The notes: generated by a model not told the origin, from the sequence alone. A DNA stretch of 64,000 bases from Malacoraja senta (GCA_038087875.1 JAXLNO010005840.1:62001-126000), one strand, 5' to 3'; positions 47,971 to 61,040 are shown, counted from the stretch's first letter. Program-made: numbers and translations.

Positions 47971-49910
47971 TGAAGCTTGATAGGTGGGACATTTAGACAG
48001 GCACACAGATAGGAAAGATTTCGAGGTATATGGACCAAACCCAGCCAAATAGGACCAGATCAAATAGACAACTTGGTCGGCATGAATGAGTAGAACTAAA
48101 GAGCTTGTTTCACGCTATATCTCTATGACCTTATTTTGTAAATTTTCAACATCTGTCTGATCAAGTTCAACATCTTGAGATGATTATGGAAGTGTCTGCA
48201 TGTGGATGGCCCCAGAGATTTTGTCACAAAAGTAATAGGATTACCAACCCATATCACCAAACTAAGAGAAAGATAAAGCATGTACATCCATTTATAGTGA
48301 ATACATGTTAAATGGTATTCTCCAAGGAAATGGACCAGCTTTTCATTGTGAATGCCAATATTTTGTATTAAACTTTCATAACTACACGTCTCAGAATGAA
48401 AACATATGTTTGATAAAATTAGAGAATCTGTTATCACCATTCCGACAGTATATTCCAGACCTTCACAGCTCTTCCCTAAATGTAATTATCCCCTATATTA
48501 CATTGATTTGTTTTGCTTGTATCAGTACCATGTGATTTTAATCCACCTGCAGTAAGCAACAGATTTTCCTTACTTGCTCTACAAATCATCTGGATTTTGA
48601 ACACCTGTTAAATCTCATGCAAACTTTCTTCTTAGTAAAATAAAGTAATCCCAGTTTCTCTGGTTTCCCTCTCATCACATTGGCCCCCATTCCCATTAAT
48701 GATATTTGAATATTTTCCAACATCTTGAACTTCCCTAAAATGTCATACCCAGAATTGGCAATAATACTCTTTCAGATACTACCAATTTTGAATAAAGCTC
48801 TGGCACATCTTTTGTAACTGATGCAATTTATAACATATTTTATAAAATCAAAGATCAGTTTGTATTGACAGCCTCCTCATATTTCTCCCAGAAAACCTGT
48901 ACACAACCCAAACTCCCAATGTCTTTGCTCCCGTACCTTCCTGAAAATGGTGTCATCTAGCCTTTGCCTCTTCTCAATTTTTATAACGGGTTATTTTCCC
49001 CACAGCTCTCTTGGTTAAATATCATCATTCTATTCATTTTACAGTCTATTTCCTACCAGAAGCTATTGCTAATATCACTATTTACAATCAAAAATACAGT
49101 TTTTGTATTTAAAAAATACAACACTGTGGGTGGCACAGTTGGTAGAGATGCTGCCTCAATGCCAAAACCCCAGGTTTGATCTTGTGGTGTCTGTGTGGAG
49201 TTTGCACATTCTCACTGTGATCACATGGCTTCGCTGGGTGCACCAGTTTCTTCCCACATCCCAAAGATCTGTTCATTTGTAGCTTAATTGCATCTGTAAA
49301 TAAGATAACAGAACTAGTGTGAACAATGGTTGGTGACAAAGGGCCTTTTTCCATGCTTTATCTCTAAACTAAACAATTCTGTGAAAAAACTCAAATGAAA
49401 TTTAAATTCATCAACCAAAGACTAAATATCCCTGATAACATCTTTTTTGGTACCATCAAGCAACGAAGACTAGAGATGCAAGGAACTGCAGATGCCGGTT
49501 TACCAAACGAAAAACAAGAGTGCTGGACTAACTCAGCAGTTCTGAAGAAAGGCTCTGATCCAAAGCATCACCTATCCATGTCCTCCAGAGATGCTGCCTG
49601 ACCTGCTGAGTTTCTCCAGTACTGTGTGGGTTTTTTTAAACAACGATTAATTAACAAACCAGTCCAATACTCCCATTCACATGGTGTAAAAAGTTAATCC
49701 ATTATACCTGCATCACTCCCAAATTATTCTGTATTCAGACTAGAGGGGATACTCTACTCAACTGAAAGATAGACAATGATAACGACAATAAAAACAACAA
49801 TAATATTCCTTTCATCCATTTTCAATCAGAAGTACACCCCCACCCCATGTTCAACTAAAATAAATGAACGTAAATATCGAATCGACACATTTAAGCAATG
49901 GCAAAATTCA

Positions 49911-52900
49911 ATTTTACTTCGGAGTCCCGTGAGTGACTACGTGAAGAAGAGCCCGTCCAGCCGCACACGCCTCATATCATCAGACGCAAAGCGAAGTGCC
50001 GATGTTTGGAGCGAGCAGAGCTCCTCCAAACCGGTAAGTAAAAAGCAAACCAAAAGTAAAAAACCTGAAGGTAAGTTTTTACTTACGGTTTTCAGGCGAT
50101 TTAAAAGACTTGTAGTAATAAAATACGTCATAATAAAGGAAATTGTGGAGGTATACCGCAGAGTGCTCAGACAGACAGACCGCGGGGCTGTGAGTAGTGG
50201 GCGCAAATCTATTTTTTTTAATTTTTAAACGGCTGCCGTTTAGCGCTATTAGATCGCATAGATAAGAGGTTGCGGTTAAAGAAGTCAGACCGGAGATCCC
50301 CGTTTCAGGTAACTAGTTGGTTATATTTAAAACCTAGTTACAAGGCAATGCAGGGAATGCCTGAGTCAGGTAACTGGTTTATTATATTTTTAAAAACCTA
50401 GTTGCAGGGCAATGCAGGGAATGTCCAGGTTAACTATTTGGTCTAGATTAGAGCCAGCATATGAAGTGCCTAGGGAAGGTCCAGGCTTTGTGTTGGGCTA
50501 GAGAAGGCCAGTGTATGAAGTGCCTGGGGAAGGTCTGTTTTAACATGGTCCCTACAGGGCCAGTGCAGGGGTACCTGGTGGAGGTCCAGGTTTAGCGTTG
50601 GCCCAGAGTAGAGCCAGCGCGTGGAGTGCTTTATAAGGTCCGGCTCAATGTTGGCCTAAAGGGAGAGCCAGCATAGGAAATATTTGGGGGAAAAAAATAA
50701 TCCGGTTCAGCGCTGGCCTACAGGTGAGCCAGTGTGAGCACATGGTTGGTTAATGTACGTTGGTCTACAGGAGAGCCAGCGCCAACTATATCTGGGAGTT
50801 AGCGTTGGCCTACAGGTGAGCCAGCGCCAGCAGCACCTGAAAGAGGGCTGCCTATGATGGGCCTACAGGAGAGCCCGCATGGAGAGCAATTGGAAGGGTT
50901 GTTATGCGTAGGCCTATGGGGGAGAGCCAGCGCTAGAGATACCTGAAGTAGGATGTAAATTCGGCCCTCCATGAGGAGGTTTAGTTTATACAAAGATTCA
51001 AGTAAACAGATTATATGAGGCCTAGAGCCCAATACAGAGCCAAAGGACCAGAGTTGGCACAATATATTAAAGTTGTGGTTCCAAAAAGATGAGGGACCCA
51101 TTGGGAGATAAATAAACTATGTCAATAAAATACTTACTCTCCCAGCAGCTCCAGGTTCTAACCAGGTATGAGCTGTCGACATAAATAAACCCGCAGTATT
51201 GAGCATGATATGCAAGTCTCAGCGGGGGAGAGGGTATTGAAATTACTGGTCAGGCGTTAAGGCTTTTTTGACCAAAGGTGGATGGAGAGCATGTGTTGAT
51301 ATCACAACAAGGTTGAATTAGCACTCATGTAGTAAAGCGCACTTTCAAATAACTGTTTTATAAAAATGCTATAAAACCTAATATATACCCTAAGTTTGGG
51401 GGGGTTCTGTACACCATCTAATATTTAAATTGTCTATTAATCTGTTTTTAGAAAGATCTAGCCAAAAAAAAAAGTATGATCCTGTGTGATTAACAGATAA
51501 AATTAACGCAGTTTTCCCTACCAATATGTGGTGACTGGGGATAGTAAAGTATCAATTCTGTCGTTCCCATATGTGCGTTATAGGCGCACTCCTGAGTTAT
51601 GTGGAAGTTATAATATTCCACTAAGATCAGGGGATAACGATTGCCATGAGCAAACCCTGAGGAGGAGGAGGTCTGGTTCTGTAAGAAACATATTAAATGT
51701 TTTACACTTACAAGTTGGGGAAGATTACATTGCTTACTATAAAATGGCAAATTGATATTATACGGTACAGTATTGTGGGGTTTAGAATGTAGTTCTACCC
51801 ATATTTGGTTTCTCTTACTAAGGTATTTGAAACCAGACACATATTTTCTCAAAATAAGAGAATATGTAGATTCAGACAAAACATGAAATATTGTGGGAAA
51901 GAGATGATTAAGAGGTCATTTCACCATTACCATCAATTAATGCCAAATATGTTATGAGAGCAAATAAGGATGGTGGGTGTAGATTTATTCTAGATCTGAC
52001 AATTTTTTACTCTATTTTGTACAGTATAAAAGTGGATAACATTTGTTAATGTTATGCAGCCAATTTTACAAAAAATGTATTTTACTATGTGACTGTGTAT
52101 GGTATAATATATTTTATTTTATCTGGATAAGCCAATGATGGCAATTTAAAGCATTGTATTATGTTTAGTCTCAGCCTTGACACTATTTGACAGGTAGTTG
52201 GATTTAATATTAGCTTTACTAAGGACTCAGGTCCATTTGGTAATGGTCTTTTGCCATATTCTGATTGTAGGAAACATTCGGACTACAACAGAACCATGAG
52301 TGTTAGAATAAAGCTCATTTTGGAGATTTGTTAACCATCGAGATAAATCTAAAAGTTTCCAAACAGTTATTGATTATTTGGGAAATGAGAACACATGGTC
52401 ATGATTCGATTGCAGATTAAGGCTGCATTTAAGTGGAAGTTGTACGTAACTCATTATAGAGCATCAACCATTGAATAAAGGTCAATATAGAGCACTAATC
52501 CTTAATTAGGCATTTAATTGGAAGTGGTATTAAACTCTACCAACCTTCAATTAGACAGGAAACAAGCCTATGTTACACATTTTGCTTATTTTCAGCTGTA
52601 GAATTTAGATTGCGGCATTATCAAAGTTTATAGTAAGCATGGATAATACAATTTATGTTAAGTTTGCCAGGCCATGTATTTGCCAGTTACAGTTATTACT
52701 GGAATATTAATGAATCAGGAGTCTCAAATGCTTCCAGAGAGATTCTGGCTAAACACCTTCCATTATGCTACACACTAATGGTAGTGCTCTAAGTTGAGGT
52801 CATACTTATAAGTATTTTCAGCTGTGGAGGTACATGGAGTACCTTTTGATCAAATAACAAGGGATCATTATGTAAGTTTTAGGAACATTTATGACCTAAA

Positions 52901-53170
52901 GCTTATTTGCTCTTATATGCAAAGTTGCATGTTTGGACATAGTTTGAGACTACGGAATAGAACGTATGTCAATCATTTGAGTGGTTTAAGTCAGTATCTT
53001 GTAATAGACTGGCTAATGTGATCTGGATCTGGTATTTACCAGAAATATTTGATTGGCAATCAACCTATGAGGTAGATTCAATATAGTTGAAGACTCAAAA
53101 GTCATGTAAATCAATGATAATATAGAATGTATGTTGAATCGTGAGAAATTTAACAATATTATAGCACGAT
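49911..53170 (+). mobile_element. Decayed DIRS1-like (tyrosine-recombinase class) retrotransposon
   Basis: Terminal-repeat-like start ttttacttcggagtc..gtgagtgactacgtgaag. RT remnants NKDGGCRFILDLT (51963) and WQFKAL (52139). RNase H remnants LHTNGSALS*G (52768; cf. LxTDASxxGWG) and YVNHLSG (52964; cf. YINHxGG). The recombinase ORF was not seen and the right boundary is approximate. Confidence 0.75.
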
Positions 53171-53519
53171 TGATGACTTATTTGTATACATATTTTTTTT
53201 TATTTTTTTTATTAGAAGTACAATTGTATACAATCATATTTTCATAATACATTTTATGTACAGCTTCTTTGGAGAGCTTGTTGATGGATCTTTGAAGGTA
53301 GTGGGACAGTCATCTTGGAACTGTGAAAAACGTTAGCTGAGCCATACCTGTAACATTGTGTGGATTCTGGTTGCCTCCCTACAGGATTGATGGGAGTTCA
53401 CTAGAGAGGCACAAGAAAGGTTTACGACAGTGGCAGGACTGCAGAAGAAAGGTTGCAAGGAGAGAGTCGTCAGGAACTGCAGCAGGTAGATTGTTTGAGT
53501 GGTTATAATATTATAGAAA

Positions 53520-53717
53520 AAAAGACAAAATACTGGAGTAACTCAGCGGGACAGGCAGCATCTCTGGAGAGAAAGAATGGATCATGTTTCGGATTGAGAC
53601 CCTTCTTCAGATGTCTCAACCCAAAATGTCATCCATCCCCCCCTCCCCCAGAGATGCTGCCTGTCTCGCTGATGTCTATCTGTGGTGTAATCTGTGGCAG
53701 TTCCTTCCTACACATAA
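53520..53717. mobile_element. Fold-back Penelope-terminal mini-element
   Basis: Inverted arms; imperfect 12-bp direct repeat GGTTAT(A/G)ATATT at 53501-53512 and 53718-53729. Confidence 0.65.
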
Positions 53718-54270
53718 GGTTATGATATTCTGACTGGTTCAATCAGAGTAAACAAGGTAACCATCTTTCCTACACAAAGTTGGAAATGTAATTCAATTAG
53801 CATAAGGGTTTGATGCAATTAGTACAGTGGGCCAAGGGTTCACTGCCTGAATGGTTGTTGGAAGCAGAACTCACATTTACTGGGCACCTGGACCAGCAGT
53901 AGAAGAGGCTGTGAGCGAGATTCACCTGGCCTCCCAGCACGTAAAACAGAAGGTGGGAACTATAGGTCAATTGACAGGTACATGGATAGGACAGGTTTGG
54001 AGGGATATGGACCAAACGCAGGCAGGTGTGACCAGTGTAGCTGGGACATGTTGGTGGGTTTGGGGGAGTTGGGCAGAAGGGTCTGTTTCCACACTGTATC
54101 ACTCTATGATTCTAATTCATCCAGCACTCAGAGTTCACAAGAGGAAATAACTAATCATTTGGTAAGCTGCATCTAATCAAACGTAGCCGACATGGTTTAA
54201 TGAAAATCATGTGTGACAAAACTTGACAGGATGTGATAGGGAGTTGATAAGGGAAACCTGTAAATGTAGT

Positions 54271-54431
54271 AGGAAGGAACTGCAAATGCTGGTTTAAACC
54301 AAAGATAGACACAATAAGCTGGAGTAACTTAGCGGCTCAGATAGCATCTCTGGGGAAAAGGAATTTTCTATTTGTTTTCTCCAGAGATGCTGTCTGACCC
54401 GCTGAGTTACTCCAGCTTTTTGTGTCTATCT
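54271..54431. mobile_element. Fold-back Penelope-terminal mini-element inserted in a CR1 RT fragment
   Basis: 14-bp direct repeat CCTGTAAATGTAGT at 54257-54270 and 54432-54445; removing the element restores VDKG.PVNVVY..DLQKAF-like CR1 sequence. Confidence 0.8.
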
Positions 54432-55140
54432 CCTGTAAATGTAGTGTGTATTTAGATCTCCAAAAGGCATTTGCCACAAATGAGGACAAATGTGCTAACA
54501 TGGACTGAAAGGTGGCAGTCATATAGAAAAACAAGTTAGAATAAATGCGTGAAAACTGAAGATGGAATAGATCTGAAAAACAAAATGCTGGGAGCACTCG
54601 GGTCAGGCTGCATCTGTAGCCAGAGAAACAGAATTAATGTTTCAAGTCAAAGACCCTTCGTCAGAACTGGGGAGGTGACAAAAGAAACTTGTGAAGCTGC
54701 ACAGGTGGGTGGACGGCTCTGATAGTGTAAAACCAGGTGGCCATGGGGATAAGCTGCACACAAAGTTATCTGGTCAAGGAGTGAATAGGAGCGGTTAGGT
54801 TCTATATAAGGAAAATAGGCAAAGATCGTAGCAGTTGCAAAATGCAGAGCAAGAAGACATGTCTAGGAAGGAACGGCAGATGCTGTATAAACCGAAGATA
54901 GACAACGGGACAGGCTGCATCTCTGGAGAGAAGGAATGGGTGACGTTTCAGGTGGAGACGCTTTTCAGACAAGACATGTCTGGCAGGTCAGCATGGACAT
55001 GCCCTCCACTTTTGGATAGAGATTTTAAAAAACAAGCCAACTCAATTATCACAAATGGACAACTGATACTAACAGAGGAATCAAGTTACCCAAGATTATC
55101 AAATTCCGTTCAAGCCCAGAGGACTGCCATGAGCCCAAAT

Positions 55141-55350
55141 TGAAGGTGAGATGCCGTTCCTCAAGATTGCTTTGAGCCTCATTGCAACAGTGCAGGAAGT
55201 CACAGACTGTTCATTCACTCCCACATCCAAGAGTCAGAATGAGATAACAGGAAGCTCAGGAGTGCCCCATGGATCGAACACAGGTGCTCCACAAAGTGGA
55301 AACCCAACGCCTGTTTGGTTTCTCCAATGTAGAGGAGACCACATCGTGAA
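55141..55350 (-). mobile_element. Penelope-like GIY-YIG endonuclease fragment
   Basis: CSRCGLLYIGETKQALGFHFVEHLCSIH (YIG motif plus downstream R/F/EH-type helix). Confidence 0.8.
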
Positions 55351-55552
55351 CACAGGGAAAGGAGCAGAGGGGGAAAAGGAGAGACAGTGAGAGAAAGGGA
55401 AGAACACAGTAGAGAGGGAGGGGGAGAGTTAGAGTTGAGTTTAAAGAAGGAGAGGGAAGAGGGCAAGATACTTTCCACACTTTCCTCTTCACCTCAATCT
55501 CTTTCATCATCTCCAAGGCAGGTTTTGCTAAGTTTTGGCCTTTTACAGTTAA

Positions 55553-57115
55553 ATAACCATATAACCATATAACAATTACAGCACGGAAACAGGCCATCTC
55601 GACCCTTCTTGTCCGTGCCGAACACGTATTCTCCCCTAGTCCCATATACCTGCGCTCAGACCATAACCCTCCATTCCTTTCCCGTCCATATAACTATCCA
55701 ATTTATTTTTAAATGATAGAAACGAACCTGCCTCCACCACCTTCACTGGAAGCTCATTCCACACAGCCACCACTCTCTGAGTAAAGAAGTTCCCCCTCAT
55801 GTTACCCCTAAACTTCTGTCCTTTAATTCTCAAGTCATGTCCCCTTGTTTGAATCTTCCCTACTCTCAGTGGGAAAAGCTTATCCACGTCAACTCTGTCT
55901 ATCTCTCTCATCATTTTAAAGACCTCTATCAAGTCCCCCCTTAACCTTCTGCGCTCCAAAGAATAAAGCCCTAACTTGTTCAACCTTTCTCTGTAACTTA
56001 GTTGCTGAAACCCAGGCAACATTCTAGTAAATCTCCTCTGTACTCTCTCTATTTTGTTGACATCCTTCCTATAATTAGGCGACCAAAATTGTACACCATA
56101 CTCCAGAATTGGCCTCACCAATGCCTTGTACAATTTTAACATTACATCCCAACTTCTATACTCAATGCTCTGATTTATAAAAGCCAGAACACAAAAAGCT
56201 TTCTTTACCACCCTATCTACATGAGATTCCACTTTCAGGGAACTGTCCACAGTTATTCCAAGATCCCTCTGTTCACCTGCATTCTTCAATTCCCTACCAT
56301 TTACCATGTACGTCCTATTTTGATTTGTCCTGCCAAGATGTAGCACCTCACACTTATCAGCATTAAACTCCATCTGCCATCTTTCAGCCCACTCTTCCAA
56401 CCGGCATAAATCTCTCTGTAGACTTTGAAAATCTACTTCATTATCCACAGCCCCACCTATCTTAGTATCATCTGCATACTTACTAATCCAATTTACCACA
56501 CCACCATCCAGATCATTGATGTACATGACAAACAACAGTGGACCCAACACAGATCCCTGTGGCACCCCACTAGTCACTGGCCTCCAACCTGACCAACAAC
56601 CATCCACCATTACTCTCTGGCATCTCCCATTCAGCCACTGTTGAATCCATCTTGCTACTCCACCATTAATACCCAACCATTGAACCTTCTTAACCAACCT
56701 TCCGTGAGGAACCTTGTCAAAGGCCTTACTGAAGTCCATATATACAACTTCCACGGCTTTACCCTCATCAATTTCCCGAGTAACCTCTTCAAAAAATTCA
56801 AGAAGATTAGTCAAACATGACCTTCCAGGCACAAATCCATGTTGACTGTTCCTAATCAGCCCCTGTTTATCGAGATGCTTATATATATTATCTCTAAGTA
56901 TCCTTTCCATTAATTTGCCCACCAGTGACGTCAAACTAACAGGTCTATAATAGCTAGGTTTACTCTTTAGACCCCTTTTTAAACAATGGAACAACATGCG
57001 CAGTACGCCAATCCTCCGGCACTATTCCCGTTTCTAATGACATTTGAAATATTTCTGTCATAGCCCCTGCTATTTCTACACTAACTTCCCTCAATGTCCT
57101 AGGGAATATCCTGTC
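55553..57115 (-). mobile_element. Young 5'-truncated CR1 with uninterrupted ORF2 C-terminal 453 codons (55636-56997)
   Basis: All RT motifs in one frame ([33 protein letters not shown]); (TTATATGG)n tail. Confidence 0.95.
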
Positions 57116-57156
57116 CGGACATAAAATAAAAAACTATTTGGGAAAACTTACATCAG

Positions 57157-57307
57157 TCATATTTTAATTCTGTTTTCCAGAGCTTGCATGCTGGAGTCCA
57201 TGTCCTTCTGTGCCGCACGTACAGCCTGCAGCTCCAGCCGTGTCTGGCTGAGCTGCTCCTCCAGCAGCACCAGTGCAGTCAGTAGCTGCTTCTGTTCATC
57301 TGTCAAC
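57157..57307 (-). CDS. Unrecognised coiled-coil gene, last coding exon
   Basis: tatag acceptor, phase 2: (R)LTDEQKQLLTALVLLEEQLSQTRLELQAVRAAQKDMDSSMQALENRIKI*. A GTAAGT donor lies 5 nt after the TGA. Confidence 0.7.
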
Positions 57308-57854
57308 CTATATTAATAATAATCCATATAATTTTATTAGCCCAGTATGTATACATACAAGAACTTGCCTTGATGCTTTGCTTGCAAGGATAAAAACATG
57401 ATATACAGTAGACAATTAAAAATAAAACATTATAATTTAAACATGTGGAAATAAAGTACCAGATTAAAGGAGGCTACAGACTTTTGGCTGTTGAGTCGAG
57501 CTACTGCTTGTGGAAAAATACTGTTTTTATGTCTGGCTGTGGCCCAGAGAAAACCTGTCCTATACAGGACAAAGCAAGTCATCAGGGTGCAGGAGCAGAG
57601 GCAGCACGGTGATGCAGAGTAGAGCTACGGCCTTACAGCGCCAGAGACCCGGGTTCAATCCTGACTACCGGTGTAAGAGTGATCATTGGTCTGCACGGAC
57701 TCGGTGGGCCGAAGGGCCTGTTTCCACGCTGTACATCTAAACTAAAAGCCACGTTGACCTAAAAGCGACGTTGACGTTCACGCAGCAACTGACAAAGCCC
57801 CCCCCCCACCAAGGGTCTGCTGCTACTCCACTCCGGGCTGGAAACACTCTGTAC

Positions 57855-57898
57855 CTTTCCACAGCAGATTCCATTTCCTTCACCTTCTGCAACAACAT
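57855..57898 (-). CDS. Unrecognised coiled-coil gene, 44-bp exon
   Basis: ttcctag|ATG TTG TTG CAG AAG GTG AAG GAA ATG GAA TCT GCT GTG GAA AG|gtac = MLLQKVKEMESAVE(R); phase 0 to 2 matches both neighbours. Confidence 0.7.
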
Positions 57899-58375
57899 CT
57901 AGGAATAGAAATTAAACAAAGTTTATTTCAAGTTGGGAGGCTTTTTAATTCTACTCACAGCTACTTATTTTACAACATACACGTCAAATTTACAAATATG
58001 TAATGCAGAAAAGTCACTTTTCCATACTTCATATTTCCTTATGACATAGGCCATTTCAGCCCATCAACTCATTGCCAGCTCTGCGAGAATCCCAGTCCTT
58101 CACGAATTTTCCTTGAAACCAGTTCCTCACAAATTCCCATCAATTGTCCGCAGAATCCACCATTCAATTGAAAGCAAACTTCACTGAACTGTAGCAGCTT
58201 AACACCCAGAGGATGGGAAATGCAGGGAATTCTCTGCCCAAGTGGCTACAGAGACCAGTCCTTGAGACCAGTTCAACAGCGAGGTGACTGGCCTTGATAT
58301 TACAGAATTGAGAGTATGGTGTAAAATTGTGCCGAGATAAATGGTCTGACTGAGAGGTAGAGCAGCTGAGGGGCA

Positions 58376-58655
58376 GCGCGGTGGTGCAGCGGTAGAGTTG
58401 CTGCCTCACAGCACCAGAGGCTCAGGTTTGATCCCGACTACGGGTACTATCTGTACGGAGTTTGTACGTTCTCCCCGTGACCTGCATGGCTTTTCTGCAG
58501 GTGCTCCGGCTTCCACCCACACTCCAAAGACATACAGGTTTGCAGGCTAATTAGCTTAGTAAAATTGTACATTGTCCCTAGTGTGTGCAGGATAGTGATA
58601 GTGTGTGTGGATCGCTGGTCAGCGCAGACTTTCCATGCTGTATCTCTAAAACAAA
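58376..58655 (+). mobile_element. HE1/V-SINE-like SINE (intronic)
   Basis: A/B boxes, conserved body. Confidence 0.85.
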
Positions 58656-59062
58656 ACAAAAAAAGACTAAAAGCAGCCATTTCAGGCAGAATGTGAAGGA
58701 AAGCTTGCCATGCTAGGACCAGAGGCCTTAGCCTCAGAATAAAAGGATGTTCCTTTGGGAAGGAGATGAGGAGGAATTTCTTTAATCAGAGGGTGGTGAA
58801 TCTGTGGAATTAACTGCCACAGTAGGCTGTGCATCTTTTTAAGGAAGAGATAGATTATTGATTAGTATGGGTGTCAGGAGTTATGGGGAGAAGGCAGGGG
58901 AATGGGGTTGAGGGTAAGATAGGTCAGCCATGATTGAATGGTGCAGTAGACTTGATGAGCCGAATGGCCTCATTCAGCTCCTATCACTTATGAACCATGA
59001 CTCTCTGTGCCCTCTCTACCCCTTCTCCCACACCAGCAGCAGCTCTCTCTCCCCGCACCCAC

Positions 59063-59140
59063 CTTGGTATTGCAACCAACTTCCCGTAACGCCGGCTCCG
59101 TCCGCTCCTCATGCATCTGCTGGATGGCGGGGATGTCAGC
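59063..59140 (-). CDS. Unrecognised coiled-coil gene, 78-bp exon
   Basis: tttgcttccag|ADIPAIQQMHEERTEPALREVGCNTK|gtgggt; phase 0-0. Confidence 0.62.
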
Positions 59141-60481
59141 CTGGAAGCAAACACACACAGCGTTACACTCACCAGGGGCACGCACCCACCCACCCCTCCA
59201 CCTCTGTCCAACACCGAGCCAGAGCCTTTGTAGAGAGAGAATACCAAATGTGTACAGATTTGTAGGTTAATTGGCTGCGGTAAATTGCCTCTTCCATGTC
59301 AGCAAGTGGAGAATCTGGGGGGGAGGGTGGATTGAAGACAATATGGAAAGAATAAAGTTCAGTTTAGTTTAGTTTATTGTCACGTGTACAGTGAAAAGCT
59401 TCTGTGGCATGTTATCCAGTCAGCAGAAAGACAATCCATGATTAGTAGGCCCCCTTCGGCCATGACTGACCATGGGTGATGCATCCTAGTTTGCAGGTGA
59501 TGTGTGGTCGAATGCAAGCCTGGGCGATGTCATATGGAGGACAGGCTGTTGCCCATGCAGCACGTCTCCCCTCTCCACGTCACTGATCCATCCAAAGGAA
59601 CAGCAGGGTCGTTACAGTTTGGCACCAGCTCCGTCGCAGGAGCTGCCAGAGCGAGGTTGTAGACAACAAAGAACTGCCTTAGGGGCTCCAACTCTCAAAG
59701 CCTTTTGAGGTTTACTCCAGGAGTCTTTTGCATGACTGGATATCGCCACAAGGCAGTGGAGGTTTTAAATCAGAGTTTTCCCTCTCCTAGATGGACTGCC
59801 TTCCCAGGCTGACGAGCCCCATCTGCCCGAGATTACATGATTACAATCGGGGCATTTACAGTGTATAGATACATGATAAGAGAATAACGTTTAGTGCAAG
59901 GTAAAGATAGTAAAGTCCGATTAAATATAGTCCAAGGTCACCAATGAGGTAGATCGTAGTTCAGGACTGCTCTCTAGTTGTGGTAAACTTATTCAGTCGC
60001 CAGATAACAAATGGATTAGATTAGTGTAGATGGGTGATCGATGGTCAGCGTGGACTCAGTGGGTCAAAGGGCCAGTTTTCATGCCATCTCTCTCAATGAC
60101 TACCAGGCAGGTTAAGCAACAGCTGGATTTCCTCCTGTGTCAATCACGGCTCTGCTCACCCCCCTACGGACAGACTCTACACATCACTGCAAGATACACT
60201 TATTTGTCACATGTGCCAGTTGGCACAGTGAAATGTGTGGTCACCATACAGCCATACAATCAAAAATAAGAACACAACACATGATAGAGTTCAACATAAA
60301 ACATCCCCACACAGCAGAATCAAAGTTAGCCACTGTGAGGGAAGGCACCAAAGTCAGTCATCTTCCTCTAATGTTCCCCACTGTTCACCCGTGGTCGGGG
60401 CCTCCCCGAGCCCTCCGCAGTCGCCGCTACGGGCAGGCAGGAGTGGGGGAAGTGGCCAATCTGCCAGCATTTGACACTCAC

Positions 60482-60703
60482 CTGCACCCTCTCCAGCGAC
60501 TCGAAGGGCAGCATGTTCCGAAGCTCCTCCAGTGTCTGAAGGGTTACCTTGCCCAGCAGCTTGATGACGTGGGCTGGTATCAGCGGGGGAGGGAGGCGTA
60601 TGGTTTCAGACGGCTCACCGCCCCAGTCTAGCCAAGCCCGGAAGGCAGCGGTCAGCAGCTCCAGCTCCTTTTCCATTCTCTGCATTCGCACCTGCAGGCC
60701 AGC
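60482..60703 (-). CDS. Unrecognised coiled-coil gene, 222-bp exon (possible ATG at 60685)
   Basis: ctgttcctag|AGLQVRMQRMEKELELLTAAFRAWLDWGGEPSETIRLPPPLIPAHVIKLLGKVTLQTLEELRNMLPFESLERVQ|gtgagt; phase 0. Confidence 0.68.
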
Positions 60704-60734
60704 CTAGGAACAGAGCAAGACAGTCAGCTTGGGC

Positions 60735-61040
60735 AGTATGGTGATGCAGTGGTAGAGTTGCTGCCTTACAGCGCCAGAGACCCGAGTTTGATCCTGACTA
60801 CAGATGCTGCCTGTATGAAGTTTGTACATTCTCCCCGTGACCTGCATGGGCTTTCTCCGAGATCTTTCGTTTCCTCCCACACTCCAATGATGTACTGGCT
60901 TGTAGATTAATTGGCTTAGTATTAATGTAAAATTGTCCCTAGCGTGTGTGGGATGATAGTGTTAGTGTGCGGGGATCGCTGGTCGGTGTGGACCCAGTGG
61001 GCCAAAAGGCCTGTTCCTGCGCTGTATCACTAAACTAAAG
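60735..61040 (+). mobile_element. HE1/V-SINE-like SINE
   Basis: Conserved head, body and ctaaactaaa tail. Confidence 0.85.

Noticed and set aside
49776-50228. 150-aa plus-strand ORF
   Set aside because: It straddles host sequence and the DIRS-like terminal region, has no ATG context or domain, and is not supported as a host gene.
53280-53490. Exon-like signals on both strands (acceptor/donor pairs)
   Set aside because: Signals conflict between strands and give no phase-consistent link to the coiled-coil gene.
60572-60616. Possible 45-nt GT-AG intron inside the 222-bp exon
   Set aside because: Shorter than typical vertebrate minimal introns and in frame without stops; kept as coding, though RNA-seq could overturn this.
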